DNA from: the human T2T-CHM13v2.0 reference genome, Homo sapiens
DNA length: 64,000 nt
NCBI RefSeq assembly: GCF_009914755.1
Contig: NC_060931.1
Strand: one strand, 5' to 3'
The notes below the pieces were generated by a model. That model was not told the origin of the DNA. It saw only the letters and a program-made list of their open reading frames with translations, and did not search any database. The first letter of the stretch is position 1, and each line of letters starts with the position of its first letter. The position numbers were made by a program, and so were the translations under genes. Shown here one piece after another: positions 21,910 through 41,350 of the stretch.

Positions 21910-22104
21910 ATTAGCCATGGGCTCCTGCTGAATGCTTTTTCTTCTTTTATAAGAAAAGAAGAAAAAGTTGATGTTCTAACAAAATGTATATAACCTTGTG
22001 TTACGTCTTGTATGGTTGGCTTCAAATGTTATTTATACATTTTTTATTGAAGGTTTCACATATTTATGTTTTGACACCTCAAATTAAGCTGCAATGATGA
22101 ATGA

Positions 22105-22310
22105 ACAGCTGATACAAATTGAGCACTTACTATTCCCTAAGCAAGATTTTACACAGGTCATTTAGTTTAATGTTCACAGTAAGCTTACTATTGCCTCCCC
22201 TTCTCAGATGTGGACATTAAGGCCTGGAGGGATTAACTTTTCCCAAGGCTGCGTGGGTGCTGAATGCGTCAGGGTGTCTGACTCCAGGGTCCAGGTGCCT
22301 AACGCCTACA
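22105..22310 (-). mobile_element. MIR fragment
   Basis: gagcacttact...tttaatgttcacag...cagatgtggacattaaggc resembles the MIR core. Confidence 0.6.
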
Positions 22311-23063
22311 GGTCCACCTTGACGGCACCGTACGGGCCTTCCACTCCTCAATCCAGATTAGGAACTTGGGAAATAGTTATGATTTTATTTTATTCAAGCA
22401 CCCAGTCTCCTCCCTTCCCCTTCTCCGTCCCCTGCACACCATGCATGCTGTGACACCGAGGCCCTGCCTGGCCAGATCCTCCACTTCCAGAGGCAGCCCT
22501 CAGGCTGCCATTTTGTGGCTTCTTTTCCCTCTGAAGGCTTTCCTGCTGTTGGTTTTGATCTGACCTCACTGGATAGTAATCCTGAGAATGGGAGGAAGGA
22601 CCACCCGGTGTGATCTGTCCTGGTCTCTGAGCACCTGGACAGCCTCGGGGCCTGTGCCTCCCAGGGCTGGAGGCTCACGCTGCACCACTGAACAGCCCAC
22701 TTGAATGGAATGCACCCGTAGGTCACGTTCGTTTGCTTGCTTCCTGGCACATCTCCCTCTCCAGCTGTGCTACCCGCAGAATCCTCTTTCCCACCTCCTT
22801 TCTCCCTCTTGCCTTCCTGTCCTCCTCTTCCTTTCCTCCCCTCAGACTCTTCCCACCCTCTTTTGCTGGCTTCTGTTCTTTCCATGAGCAGAGAGTTTCC
22901 AGGCCTGGCTCCCAGCCAGCACATTTGGACAAAAGGCAGCAATCTTAGAGGGAGACGTCATCTTCCATCCCCTTGCTTGGGGCCAGCACAAGAGAATGGA
23001 GCTGAGGCTACTCCTGCAGCTGCTCCCGGGTTCTGAGAAAAAGCTTGAGAGAGGGTTTATCAT

Positions 23064-23305
23064 AAGGATTAAAAGCAAAGGGTTTGGAATCAGACAGACC
23101 CAGGTTTAAATTCCAGTGAACTTGGAGAGCTGCGGGACCTCGATCAAGATACATTTCTAAGCCTTAGTTCTCGCCTCTGTAAAATGGTGATAATGGTAGC
23201 ACTTACTTTAAGAGACTGGTAAGGATTAGATGAAATTGCACCTGTAAAACATTCAGCACAGTGCATAGCCCAGAAAAAGCGCTCAGCAAATGTCTTCCAT
23301 TATTC
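23064..23305 (+). mobile_element. MIR
   Basis: tttggaatcagacagacccaggtttaaattccag...ctgtaaaatggtgataat...cagcacagtgc. Confidence 0.8.
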
Positions 23306-23370
23306 TAAGGTGAACTTAACCCTGCCAAATAATACTAATAAGTAATAATGCTCTAACATATTATTGTAAA

Positions 23371-24267
<897 letters not shown>

Positions 24268-24667
24268 AGCATACATTAATTCTTAATGAATTAGTAATAA
24301 CAGTACCATGTCCTCAACTCACCTGCAGGGCTGCTTACACAGCCTCATTTGTTTGCAAGTGTGGGTAAGCTCTAAACTACTCTCCAACATACAAGTGCTG
24401 TTATAATCTGTAAAAGCTGGTTTTGGAATTAGAAGGTGACCTGATCCCCTTCCCTTTGCAGCAGAAGTCAGGGTGCACAGTGACCTGTTAGTCCTCAGTT
24501 GCACTGGCTATGGTGCCAACTGTGAAAGTAAGGCGGAGGTCGCCCTCAGACCAGCGCAGCTTGCTCTGCCTGACCTGAGACCCTACTTCTGTTTGTTTCC
24601 TATCTGTGCCTGGTGTTTTGTACTCAGAAGTTGTGCAATGCCTGGAAATGTGCTCATTTTTATTTAG

Positions 24668-25035
<368 letters not shown>

Positions 25036-25963
25036 TAATCTGAGCCAGCATTGATCAGTTTAAAACTAATCAATATGATTAATCAGCAAGCTGGAGACAG
25101 TTCTCTTTGAGGTGCTATTGGGAATACACAAGTATAAAAAATGGTCCCTGCCCTCAAGCTAGAGATAAAAGATATAAACCCTATCAACCAAATGGCAATA
25201 AAAGATTGCAATTGTTCAAAACGGAAAGACAAGGTTGGTTCAGGGAATGCCTGACACGCCCTTAAACTCACAGAAAACTCAAGAGGAATCCATGAAGATC
25301 TATTTTTTCAAAGACAATTAGGACAACCAAAACAGAATGGTGTCTAGGGTGAAAGGCAGTATTCAAAATTAACCGCAGAGGTGTGCAGGAGCGCCATTAG
25401 AGACTGGGTGGAGGAATACATTCGAACACGGTGGCAAATGTTATGAAACAAATATAAACTGGAGAAATTTGGAGGAGGACAACGAAAGGGGAGCCAGGGA
25501 CTGCTTCAAAGAGGTAGCGCCTGGTGGCCAAGAAAGACTCCATTGGATTCCAAGAGTTGGGGAAGGGAAAGTGCTCCTGAGGAGGCCAGTGCATGGAGTA
25601 AAGAACAAGGCAAAGCCTGCCCAGCATGAAGACCGCCTGCTAGGACAGGAGCACCAGGACTCACGTGGGAGCCAGGGAGAAGACGGACCCGGCAGCAGGC
25701 TAGATGTTGGGATGTTCTGAAATGAGAAAGAGGAGTGAAGGTTTGCTAACCCAGGGAAATAAGGAGGCCACAGAATGTAATGATAATATGTTCTCTTTTG
25801 GACACATTAAGGTGAGAGTGGTACATTCAAGAGGCAGTGAGAGGTAATGAGCTAACGGTCTTTATAAAGAACAACTCAGAGGTCCAGTTTGGGAGGGAGC
25901 GATGAAACTGAGCATGATGAACTGAGGGAGACAGTGAAGAGGGAGAAGGTAGTGAACAAGTGA

Positions 25964-26503
<540 letters not shown>

Positions 26504-26748
26504 TTTGTATGTTTCTTTACCTGGACCTTCCAACTAGACAGGGAGTTCTAGTGGCAGAACACGCGCACTGGCTTCTTTTTATTCCCTACAATGCCTAACC
26601 GAGACTTTGGTCTACTGTGAGGGTTGCATAAATACTTGTTGAATAAGAATAGGAGGAATCAGTGAAGAACTCTTCTTTGAAAGACAATTAAAACAACCAA
26701 AACAGTATGGCGTCTACACTGAGGAGGCAGTATTCAAAATACATAACA

Positions 26749-27109
<361 letters not shown>

Positions 27110-28749
27110 TTATTGTTAACACTTTAATGGCCAGATCTTGGCAGGGGGAGAGTTAGTGGTCCTGGGAGTGTGGGACACCCTATTTACCAACCAGAATAGA
27201 AGTATTTCAGTATTTTGACAAGTGGCGCAGATTCATCACTGCACCCATTTTACATCCACCTTGACTTGTGTTTCAAGAAGGAAGGGTCAGGGGTGTGTCA
27301 AGTGCATTAGTGAGATCAAGAAGCATGAGAACAGGGAACTGGCCACAGACGAACCATTAGTAACCTAAGATATGGTTTCAGCAGATGGATAGGAATAGAA
27401 GCCAGATTTCGGGGGTGTGGGGAAGGAACATGTGGATCTGCCTCGTGGGACTCTTGCATTTGTTCTGCTTCTTTCTTGGTCCCAAAAGGAGCATTCTCTT
27501 TCTCGTTTTCTCTGACAAATTGGCAGCCTGAACCTCGGGGTTGTGTGTGTACCCAGAAGCAGCCTCTTAGCCCCTTTACCCATCTCTCTCAGTTCTGTAC
27601 CAGACCAGGAATCTTGGCTGTCCTATATTCAAGGGAAAGAAGAGCCTGGAATAAGAGGCTCTCTTGGCTCTCTGTGGTGCTGGAATCTTCAAGTCTGATT
27701 GTTTTGAGAGGGATTAAGAAGCTCTCTCTTCTCTGACATTTTTCCACCCTATTAGATGCATCAGTCAGCTGGAGGGTAAACAGAGGGCACTGGTCCCCTT
27801 CTGATATCCTGGAAGGTTGTCTATGTTTGTTGATTGTCACAAATACAGATGATGAAATGAACCAGATGACAGTCACCACAAGATGCCAGGGAGTTATATT
27901 TGGGGTTGGATGACCACACACTTCATGACAAATCTGAACAAATCTCATCTGCAGCTCAGAGTATTAAGTAGAGAATCCCTCTGAGTCTCCAGGGTGCTGG
28001 AGACATTGCCCTGGCTGAAGATCCCAGAGCACGAGGCAAGCTGCTTCGGGAAGTTCCTTTCTATCTTCGCGGTCACCACCCCGACCAAATCTGCGGCTGA
28101 GAGACTAGTCTCACTCCAAGCTCGGGAGATGCAAGTTCTATGTCTTAGGCTGTCCTGTCATTTCTATCTAGTAACCAAACTAGAGCATATAGCTTCTCCC
28201 CCAACCAAGTTCAACCTGGACCATGCCGGGTCAGTCTGAATTGTGATTTGCTGTGTGATCCCTTACAAATGCCTCTGCTTGGTCATCTGGGGAGGTTTAG
28301 CCTATATTTACCAGGCACATGAAATGCCAAATAAAATTATAGAAGTGTCCTGTTTTAATGCTTCAAAGTTTGCTGGAAGAAGACAGGCAGTTACTATTTT
28401 TCCATGGTGAGCTGGGAGAGGCAGTGAAAGTAGAATCTGACTCCTCTGATTCATTGAATGGGAGCAAGAAGGAAGTTCATATGCAACCTTGGACTACCCA
28501 CCTGGCTTCCTCCCCTTCCCTAAACTCAAGCCTCAACTCTAGATGTGGATAAGAAAGGTGGTGGGAGATAGACAGAGGGGTGGTACCAAATCACTTCTGG
28601 CTGGGTCAACACACCTGTCCCAGCAAGGAGAATGAATGAGCATATCCAACTCTCAGCCTTTACCAGCGTGGCCACAAGGTGCAGTTTGCAGGGACAGTCC
28701 AGGTTAATTAAGCCTATTGTACATCAATTAACAACTTACTTTTAGTGCT

Positions 28750-29632
<883 letters not shown>

Positions 29633-29885
29633 TAATGCTCTCTTTTTACTTTCTCTACAGTCCTACTTTGTGTATATGGTTACCCTATATTTTACCTACC
29701 ATAAACTTGCAGAGAATTTAGTGCTGAATCAAATTTGACCATTATTGCATCTTCTCTGCTGAGAAGTGGGGAAGTGTGAGGGAGAGAGAGAGGCCCTTGA
29801 AATTGCTTTGCTAGGTTGGCTCTTTTGTGTCACTCGGTCCACCCATCCTAGGTTTCAGCCTACACAACATGTGGAATCATGGTGA

Positions 29886-30475
<590 letters not shown>

Positions 30476-30750
30476 TAAAATACATTTCAAAGCCACATAC
30501 TTAATGAATCTATTTGTGCCAAGTGATGGTTATTTTGAAAATGAGATTCTAATACTCCCTTTTAAAACAATAATAAGATATAGTACCTCTCTGTTCCTTA
30601 ACCCAATTGTACCCACACTGGTTTTGCCCCGAATATTTTATGAATTTCTATTTAATATGAACATTAAAATTCATACTGTGGCACATGCATAGAGGCAATG
30701 TATTATATTTTGAGTTTTGTTAACTTTTAAAAGAAAACGTATTAAAATTA

Positions 30751-31470
<720 letters not shown>

Positions 31471-32862
31471 AGTAAATGTTTTATGACAAATATAACTTTC
31501 ATAGATTACATATAAAGTTTATAAGTAAACCTACAATTTTTAAGTGTACTTTTTTAGAAGACAAAACAACAAAAGGAAATGCATTTGGCATTCTGCTTGA
31601 AGTGGTCTGATAAGCCCTTCAGATAAGATCCGCAGTGTACGGAAGGCCTGGGGATCCCGGGAGGAGGGGTCACAGCCAAGGTTGCGGCTCCCTGTACTGG
31701 CCCCACTCTCCAGCCAATGATCCCTGCTTTCATTTCCTTCTGAAGGGATGCCTATGACCTCCTGGTTCCCTACCACTGAGGGAAGCTAACCTCTTCCCTA
31801 AGCTTGCTGCAAGGGTGACCCACCCCTTCCTTCCCCAAGGCCAGGGGAAAAAACGATCACTTGGTTTCCCATAGTTCAGCCAGTTGGAAGAGTGGGTCTC
31901 AGGCTTATCTGTTCTTTAGCCCCTCTGAACTGCAAGCCAGGGACAAACGTGCCAAAGAGAAGCTGAAGGTAGAGTCGCAATTCTAGGCCCAGCTGGCAAA
32001 GAACTTAACTTCTAGGCAAACTGAGGGCTGACGGAGTAAACTGTTGCCCACGTCAGACATTGATTTTAAGGCCAGGGTAAAGAAGAGTCTGACTCTGGCT
32101 TCCCAGCATGTCGCTGTCTTTTGCATATGAAAAGTAGAGAACTTAGCTCATCACTTGCCCTAGTTCCAGGCAGTGTTTGCCTCCTATCATTAAAGGGGCC
32201 AGCGGGGCCTGGCACTCTTCCCTGAGTAACCAGCACAGGGAATTTCAAGAGAGTCTGGGGTACAAGTGGAGGCTGTCTGATTCAGGTGGCAGAAGAAGGG
32301 TCTATGCTTGGACACATGAGGCTGATAGCCAGTGTTCAGGGCCAGGCTCCTGGGGTAACAAGCAACAATGCGTGTGGGCAGAGAGGCAGTGGTGAGGGCA
32401 GTGAGGGGTCACAGCCCGAAAGGCGCTGCACAATGAACCCATGGAAAACCAGTTTCACTAAAATCTCTCCAAGAAAGAGCAATCCAGGGCAGCTCCAGGG
32501 AAGCAACTCCTAACCCCCAGTCTTCAGCAAGGTGACTGCCAGAAGGAACAGAGGAGGGCTGGTAAAGACCTCGGGGGAGAAGCAGCGATACAGGAGTCCA
32601 GGAGACTGTGCGGAACGCCAGGAACAAGCAGGGCCAGCCTTGTCCACTTCTGAGGACCTGCGAGGCATCCCATGTGTCCCACCTGGGATCTTTTGGAATC
32701 TGAGTTTCCGTCCCGCCCTGTGATGGGCTCTCTATACGTGACTGCTAGAGCAGCCACTCTCAACCTCAGCTGTACCTTAAAATCATCTGGGGATCTCAAA
32801 AAAATACTGATGCCAGGCAGTGAGCCCTAAGTATCAGTTGTTTTGAATCTCCCTCCCCAGCC

Positions 32863-33390
32863 TTTTTTTTTTTTTTTTTTTTTTGGACACAGGGCCTCAC
32901 TGTCGCCTAAGCTGGAGTGAAGTGGCACAATCATAGCTCCCTGCAGCCTCAACCTCCCTAGGCTCAAGTGATCCTCCCACTTCAGTCTCCCGAGTAGCTG
33001 GGACTACAGGTGTGTGTCACTGTGTGTGGTTAATTTCTTTTATTTATTTATTTTTGAGATGGAGTCTTGCTCTGTCGCCCAGGCTGGAATGTAGTGATGC
33101 AATCTTGGCTCATGCAACCTCCGCCTCCTGGGTTCAAGTGATTCTCCTGCCTCAGCCTCCCAAGTAGTTGGGACTACAGGCATGCGCCACCACGCCTGGC
33201 TAATTTTTGTATTTTTAGTAGAGACAGGGTTGGCCAGGCTGGTCTCAAACTCCTGATCTCAAGTGATCTGCCTGCCTCGGCCTCCCAAAGCGTTGGGATT
33301 ACAGGCGTAGGCCACTGTGCCTGGCCAATTTCTTTTACTTTTTATAGAGATGGGGTCTCGCCATGTTGCCCAGGCTAGTCTCAAACTCTC
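32863..33390 (-). mobile_element. AluJ with a nested AluS (33036-33326)
   Basis: TSD aatttctttta. Confidence 0.9.
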
Positions 33391-35246
33391 CTCCCCAGCA
33401 TTTAAATGTATATTCTAATGCACACCCCAAGATTAAAAATGTTAAGAAATCTGATTGGAGGGGTAGAATCCCACTCCTACTGAATGTCAATTTACGACAG
33501 CTATAGTTGGCAAGAAATAGTTTAAAGTTTAAAGGGCACATTAGCAATGTATGGACATAGATTCTGCAGGTTCTCTGCCTTCTGCAGAAACCAAAGGGAA
33601 GAGCCTGGCCAGGAGATCTGTGCCTGAGTCTGCAGGACCTCCCAGTTCTCAGCTCCTACTCCTGGTTCCTCTGCAACTTCCTTGTGTTGTAGCAAACAAG
33701 ATTTCCACCCTCCTGGGCCTCTCTGGTCTCCTGAAGAGGATCTCTGGTCTGCTGAGTCCCACCCTTTTCCTACCCCTTTAGAGGCAGGCTCTACATCCAG
33801 TCTGGAGGCAGAATGACCAGGACCGCCCTGGGAAGTGGACTTGCCCATATGAATGGAATCCTATAATGCTGTGTGAACTCCCTGCCTGCTTCCCCGGGGG
33901 TCAGGATTCCTGGATGCTGGCCCTTCCAACGTGCTATGCCCTACCTGTCCCCTTCTCAGACCACAGTCTCAGCCCACCCCTCTCTGGGCTATACTATGAT
34001 AAGCCTCCTTCCCTTTATGGTTGAGCACCCCGGACGCCTTGCTCTCTACATTCACAGAGATGGGTGTCAGCTCTTCCTGCACTTAAGGTACCATTGTCTC
34101 CTTTGTATAGGATTTCCCTGGCCCCATACTCTGAGATGACACCCAGTCCTCACAGAAGTGCAGTTCACTCCCCTAGACATAACAGGATGGTAGAGGAAGG
34201 CAGTAACGGGGAGTTTTATCTTTCCATCTTTTGTAACACCAGCAACGAAGATTTTTTTTTTCTATGTCACTCTTCAGTCTTTACATAAAGTTCCACATGA
34301 TAAATTCCCAGCTGAGTTCAATTCCAGGAAAAATTTTGTTCTGAGAATTAATTTGTAGGCTTTCTGTTGTCCAAAATCCCAAACTATGCAACCCAGTGTA
34401 TTTTTGTTTGTCCCTAAGCTGCCAGAAAACTTACAGCCAAATGCGTTATCCAAGTGTTGTAATCTGCTAAATGCAGGCCACTCAGAAGGTCCACATTCCT
34501 TTTGCTTTGCTTTGTTTTCTCCTGAGCATTTGTGTACATACTTGCTTTTAGTCTAAGTTATCATAATCTGTGCCCAAACCAGTCACCAGGTCCTGCCTCT
34601 TGATCCTGGCATCCTTTCAGTTTCTCCTGCTCCTCAGTAATTCTGGCCTGGGTGTTGCAAAAAGCCTTGGTCTCCTCCTCCTCCTCCAGGCCTCCCCACC
34701 CAACAACTAGAAGGAGCGCATCACTCCTGCTTCAGTGCATACTCCTGCCTCCTTCTGGCAGATCCTTCCTTCCCTGTGCCTCTGCCCTGACAGCTCCCGC
34801 CTCACCTCTCCCCGGCATGCACTCACATACTGCAACCCGCAGCCACACTGAATTCCCCTCACTGGCCTCTCCTAGACTCTCTTGGTGACTTTGCACATTC
34901 TGTTCTTTCAGCCTGAAACAACCTTCCCTGCTGTTTCCTTGGTGAGGCGGTTTTCAGGGCTTAGCCCAAGCATCACCTAATCTGTGGGGATTCCCTGCAC
35001 CGGCTCCTCTCTGGGCTGCCCTAGTTCTATGCCATGCAGCCCTCACAGCCAGGCTGGGCAGGACTGGTTTTACTTTTTTGTTTGACTACCCAGCTAGGAT
35101 GGTGTTCCTGGAAGGAAGGGGGACGTCTCATTCCTCGCTGTGCCACTGATGTCTAGCACGCATGCCTAGCACACAGAGCTGTGTAAGGGTATGAATAGAA
35201 TACATGACACAGGATTTTATTAATCTTCCAGAATGAAAGGACTGGA

Positions 35247-35550
35247 GGCCAGGCACAGTGGCTCAAGCCTGTAATCCCAGCACTTTGCGAGGCCGAGGCG
35301 GGCAGATCACCTGGGGTCAGCAGTTCAAGACCAGCCTGGCCAACATGGTGAAACCCCGTCTCTACTAAAAATACAAAAATTAGCTGGGCGTGGTGGTGGG
35401 CGCCTGTAATCCCAGCTACTCGGGAAGCTGAGACAGGAGAATTGCTTGAACTCCGGGGGCTGAGGTTGCAGTGGGTCGAGATTGCACTACCGCACTCCAG
35501 CCAGGGTGACAGAGCAAGACTCTGTCTCAAAAAAATAAAAATAAAAAACA
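35247..35550 (+). mobile_element. AluS-like
   Basis: TSD gaaaggactgga. Confidence 0.95.
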
Positions 35551-35616
35551 AACGAAAGGACTGGAGGCCAGCCTCCCGCCAGCCTTTTCATTACCAGGCC
35601 TCAGAAACCGTCTCTG

Positions 35617-35652
35617 ACACACACACACACACACACTCGCACACTCACACAT
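35617..35652. repeat. (CA)n microsatellite
   Basis: Directly visible. Confidence 0.9.
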
Positions 35653-36264
35653 ACTTCCTCTCGGAGTTCTGCTCCGTCCCACGCTGCCCACCCAGACTTT
35701 CTACTCCACTCTTTTGGTATCTGATATTTGATGATGTAAGGAGAAGGGATTTCTTTCTCTTCTTTTATGTGGTAACCACAGAGGGTTTAAGAGTTTACTA
35801 ACAAGATTACTGTAGCACGCCTATTACAACTCTGTTACCCCCAGCCCATTACTGTCCGATGTCATTTGGAACCTTGGGGAAGTCACATTCCTGAATCGCA
35901 TCTGAACAGCAGCTGGAAGTCAGCACCAGCTGGTTAAGGCAGGGTCACTGCACTTCCCTTGCCCAATTTACGCCCCTGGAGAGCCCTGACCAGTTTCCTG
36001 CTTCCTGTCCCAGGCCCCCCATGACAAGATTCCACGGCTGAGGTCTGGCTCTACTCCGTGGTCTCACCCAGCTCTCTGTGACCCTCCTAATACGATTGTG
36101 TCCAGACTTCCCCTGGGCTCCATCTGCTCCCAACTCCACCCTTGGGGACAAAGTGGAAGAAGTAAGACCATTCAATCATCTTTACCTTCTTGCTTTCCCA
36201 AGACTGCAAATGCTGACCGCTGTGAGGGGGGCCCGGCTGCTCAGCCGCCTCGATGCCCCGCGCT

Positions 36265-36379
36265 TGCACGCGCACGCACACACTCACACACACTCGCACA
36301 GACACACTCACACACAGACACACAAGCGCGCACACACACACACGCGCGCGCGCGGACACACACACACTCACACTCGCGC
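36265..36379. repeat. Compound (CA)n/(CG)n alternating purine-pyrimidine tract
   Basis: gcgcgcacacacacacacgcgcgcgcgcg at ~36327-36354. Confidence 0.9.
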
Positions 36380-36680
36380 CCCGAGGGACCCAGCACGGCG
36401 CAGGGCGGGGGTCTACCGGCTTTCTGCAGGTCCCCGAGGCGCGAGACGGCGGCGTCCGGGCTCAGTCCTGGGAGTCAGCCCGAGCCCGGGAGGAACGCCT
36501 GGATCGCGCTCTGCACAGTCCCGGGACCAGGCGGGAACTCAGACTCCCGTCTGCAGAGCCGCTTCCCCCGTCAGGGCTCAGGCCGCGCGAGCCGTTTCCT
36601 CCCTCCCCCGCGCGTCCCCTCCTCCGTCCCCTTTCCCTCCCCAGCTCGACCCTGCACCCCCTGGCCCGGCCCGGCCCTAC

Positions 36681-36850
36681 CTCCCCGCGGGCGGCGGCTC
36701 CGCGGGCTCTGGGGCGCATCTTGGGGGCTCCGGGGCGGGCCGGGACGGCTGGCGGCGCGGCTCGGGGGCGGGCGGCGGCGGGTGCCGGGGACGCCATGGC
36801 CCTCCGCCCTCCGCCCCTTTGTCCGCCGAGCCTCCCCCGGCCGCCCGCAA
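36681..36850 (-). other. DENND2A: Putative first exon of the minus-strand gene (TSS not determined)
   Basis: Donor GAG|GTAGGG at 36681/36680 inside the CpG island. Symbol rests on recalled layout (non-coding exons 1 and 2 about 35 kb apart, 7SL pseudogene upstream), not on coding sequence. Confidence 0.55.
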
Positions 36851-37066
36851 GCCCCTGGGGGTCCCCGCCGCGCGCGCTCCCGTGGGGTCCCCGCCGCCCC
36901 CGGCCCCAGCGGCGCGCTTCCCTCGGCCGGCCCAGCGCAGGCTCGCCCGCGGCCCCTGCCTCCTCCTGCCGTGGCTCCGCGACGATCTGCGCGACGCGCG
37001 CCCCCTCCTCCCGACCCATCCCGCCCGGCCCAGTGAGCTAATCCGCAGCTGGCGGGCGCCCGGCCG

Positions 37067-37080
37067 GTTGCCACGGCAAC
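37067..37080. promoter_or_regulatory. RFX X-box
   Basis: GTTGCCACGGCAAC, one mismatch from the palindromic consensus GTTGCCATGGCAAC. Confidence 0.75.
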
Positions 37081-38488
37081 CCCTCTCCCAGGGCCCGGCC
37101 CCGCGCGGAGCTGCGGTAAACAGGACCTTCTGCCGGACTCGCCCCCTCGCCTCTCGGGGTGGGGGAGAGGTGGCTTAACCCTTCCTGGGAGGACGCCCGC
37201 CGCGCGCGGGCTCCATTCCACCCAGGCCCGGGCGGATTCGCGAGGTGCTTCCGGCCTGAGGCTTAGACCTGGACGTCCAAGCCTGGGGAACGGCGGCCGC
37301 GTGCCCGGCCCCGCTTACTCTAGGCAGTTAACACACTCTCGGCACCGGGCCGGGGCCGGGGGCACCTCGGGCAGTGAGTCAGGCACCACCCTTGCCCCAG
37401 GCAGCTTGCCGTCGGGCCGGGGTAATGACAGTCATGAGACCGGCGATGCAGGTGATGGGGGCCGGGGAGGGCCCAGGGCCGAGCGCGCTGCAGAAGGGCT
37501 CCCAGACCGGGCGGGAAGGGAGGTGGTCAGGAAAAGCTTCCAAGAGGAGAAGTGACTTCATAGACCCGCTGCCCCCACTCACGCAGGACACCGTCAAGGA
37601 ACACAGGCTGCACAGCAGAAGTCCGCAGGGAAATGCCGTGGGCTGCGGGGAAGGCGGGTCTGGAATACAGGCTGGGGCCTTCGAGGAAGTTCCCTGGAGC
37701 TTTGACCGGGCCGGGAACATTGAATAGCATTTGCATAGGTGGAGGAAAGTGGGTGAAAGGAAAGGGTTCTGAGTGAAGGGAACAGCACCAGTGGAGGCCG
37801 GAAGCAGAGGCTAGGCATTTCAGAAACAGCCGAGTGAGGACCAAGTGGTGAATCAGGTCTGATGGGTAGGCTTAGCCAGATTTCAAGCGGGGGACGGAAA
37901 GTTTTTGAGCAGAGGAATGCCCTGATGAGAGTGAGGGGGGTCTGGCGGGGTGATTTGCGCGCGGTGGGAGCAGGCTTCAGGTCCATCTCCACACCAGAGG
38001 AAGGTCATCCTCATCTTTAGCTCAGAAGGGCTGGGAGCCATGGTCCTGCGGGACAGCAAAGAGGCCTAAAGTTCAAGCAAGGGGGAAGAGAGAAGAGAGG
38101 CTTAGCCTCACAAATCCACAGAAGGAGTGTGCGCGCGAGAGAAAGGCAGGAGGGAGACAGTGAAAAATAAAAGATGGGTGTAATGACGTAATACTGCCCA
38201 GGCAGTGCCTATAGACTGGGAGCTTGAGATTTGAGGGACTTGTTCAAAGTCACAGGAAAAAAATCTCTGTTTTCTTCTCAGCTGAGGGTTTTATGCTTTC
38301 TGGGAACTCTTTGAAGCTTTTCTAGGGCTTAAGTTCCTTAAACTCCTCATGACATACCCATTTTAACTAAGCATAGTCAACTTTTAGAGCCCACATTTGC
38401 AAAGTGCAAGCTTTTTTTTTAAAGTGTAAGCATTTAAATTATTGTTTTGTTTGTTGAAGCATTATTCAGTAAGTTTTTCACTTTCTAA

Positions 38489-39560
<1,072 letters not shown>

Positions 39561-40097
39561 TTCCACTCCCTCATCTTTGACTTCTGGACACTAATCTGTT
39601 TTAGGAAAATAACTCCTGCCTTAGTTCCTTGGGTCTGAGTCTGATGAACTGTGTACAGCCTGTGCTTTGTGGATTTCTAACCTTGCCTGCCTCTCACAGC
39701 CCCCAACCCTCCAACTTCTCAGAGCTGGCTGCTCCCATTGCTGGGTCATCCTGTGGCTCTGCCCATGACAGGGGTCCCACATAGGGACCCCTCCCTCCTT
39801 CACCTTGTGGCCCCCCCATGCTGGCTCCCTGGAGGAGGGAGACAGGGTAGCCCACGATAGCCCTCCAAGGCTGGTGCTACACGTTGGAGCCTGGAAGGGC
39901 CTCTCCGTCATCCCCTCTTCTCCTGTTCCTGGCGCTGACAACTCCAACAGTATATTCGTCCCCTGTCCTCCTTCTCTGTCCATAGCTTCTCTTCATGTTG
40001 GAAAATGCTTCGGGTAGGAGGTCATGCCTGGCCTCAAGCTGGGAAAAGTGAAAGTGAGAGGAAAGGGACAAAGTTGATTTCTCTTTTGAGTCTTTAA

Positions 40098-40548
<451 letters not shown>

Positions 40549-41136
40549 AACCCTGTTTCTTCCACACAGAGCAGCCCTGGAACACTGCAGTACATTTCTT
40601 CCTTCCTCTCCCTCCTTTTCCTCCAGCGTCCTGCTGAGGAGCGCAGGCCTTGATTGGAGGGGCACATTCAGCTCTGCAGCAGGTTGCTCAGCCTTGAAAT
40701 CCCAGCTTTTTAAACCCTTCATCTGTAGGGTGGAAATGGCAATGGCTGCGGCCTCCTAAGAGCGCTGTTTTGAGGGTTTGGTATGGTGCCTGGCCCATGG
40801 GAGGACTCACGGGTACTCTCCTGTTGGTTATTATTTTCCTAATCTCCTTTTTTTTTTTCCCCATGAACACAGAGTGTCAAGGTTGAAGAATGGGAGGCAG
40901 GCAGTTTTTCTTCTCCTACATCAGCGCTCAACTCCCCCTTCCTCCCCACCCCTTTTAGGTCCAGGATCGTCTACCAGCACGCACAGGCAACAGAGCTGGC
41001 TTTATCTCAGCCATAAGCCAAGGGAGTAATGCATTCAATGGGCCTGCGGCTCTGTCTCTTGCTCCGACACTGGATGGAACAGACTCTCTCTTCCAGGCTC
41101 TGACTGCCTTCCAATAAAAATTAAAATAAAGAAACC

Positions 41137-41350
41137 AGGCCGGACGCGGTGGCTTATGGCTGTGATCCCAGCACACTGGAAGGCCGAGGCGGGCGGATCA
41201 CCTGAGGTCATGAGTTCGAGACCAGCCTGGCCAACGTGGTGAAACCCTGTCTCTACTAACAATACAAAAATTAGCCAGGCATGGTGGCAGGTGCCTGTAA
41301 TCCCAGCTAGTCGGGAGGCTGAGGCAGGAGAATCACTTGAACCTGGGAGG
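41137..41350 (+). mobile_element. 3'-truncated AluS
   Basis: Alu stops at gaacctgggagg with no tail. Confidence 0.9.

Larger units (their letters stand above)
36215..37720. promoter_or_regulatory. CpG island promoter
   Basis: Very high GC and CpG density versus CpG-poor flanks; GC boxes; contains a minus-strand splice donor. Confidence 0.95.

Noticed and set aside
36078-37221. Long Pro/Arg/Gly/Ala ORFs (up to 366 aa) on both strands
   Set aside because: Stop-codon scarcity in a CpG island plus the CA repeat; no homology recognised
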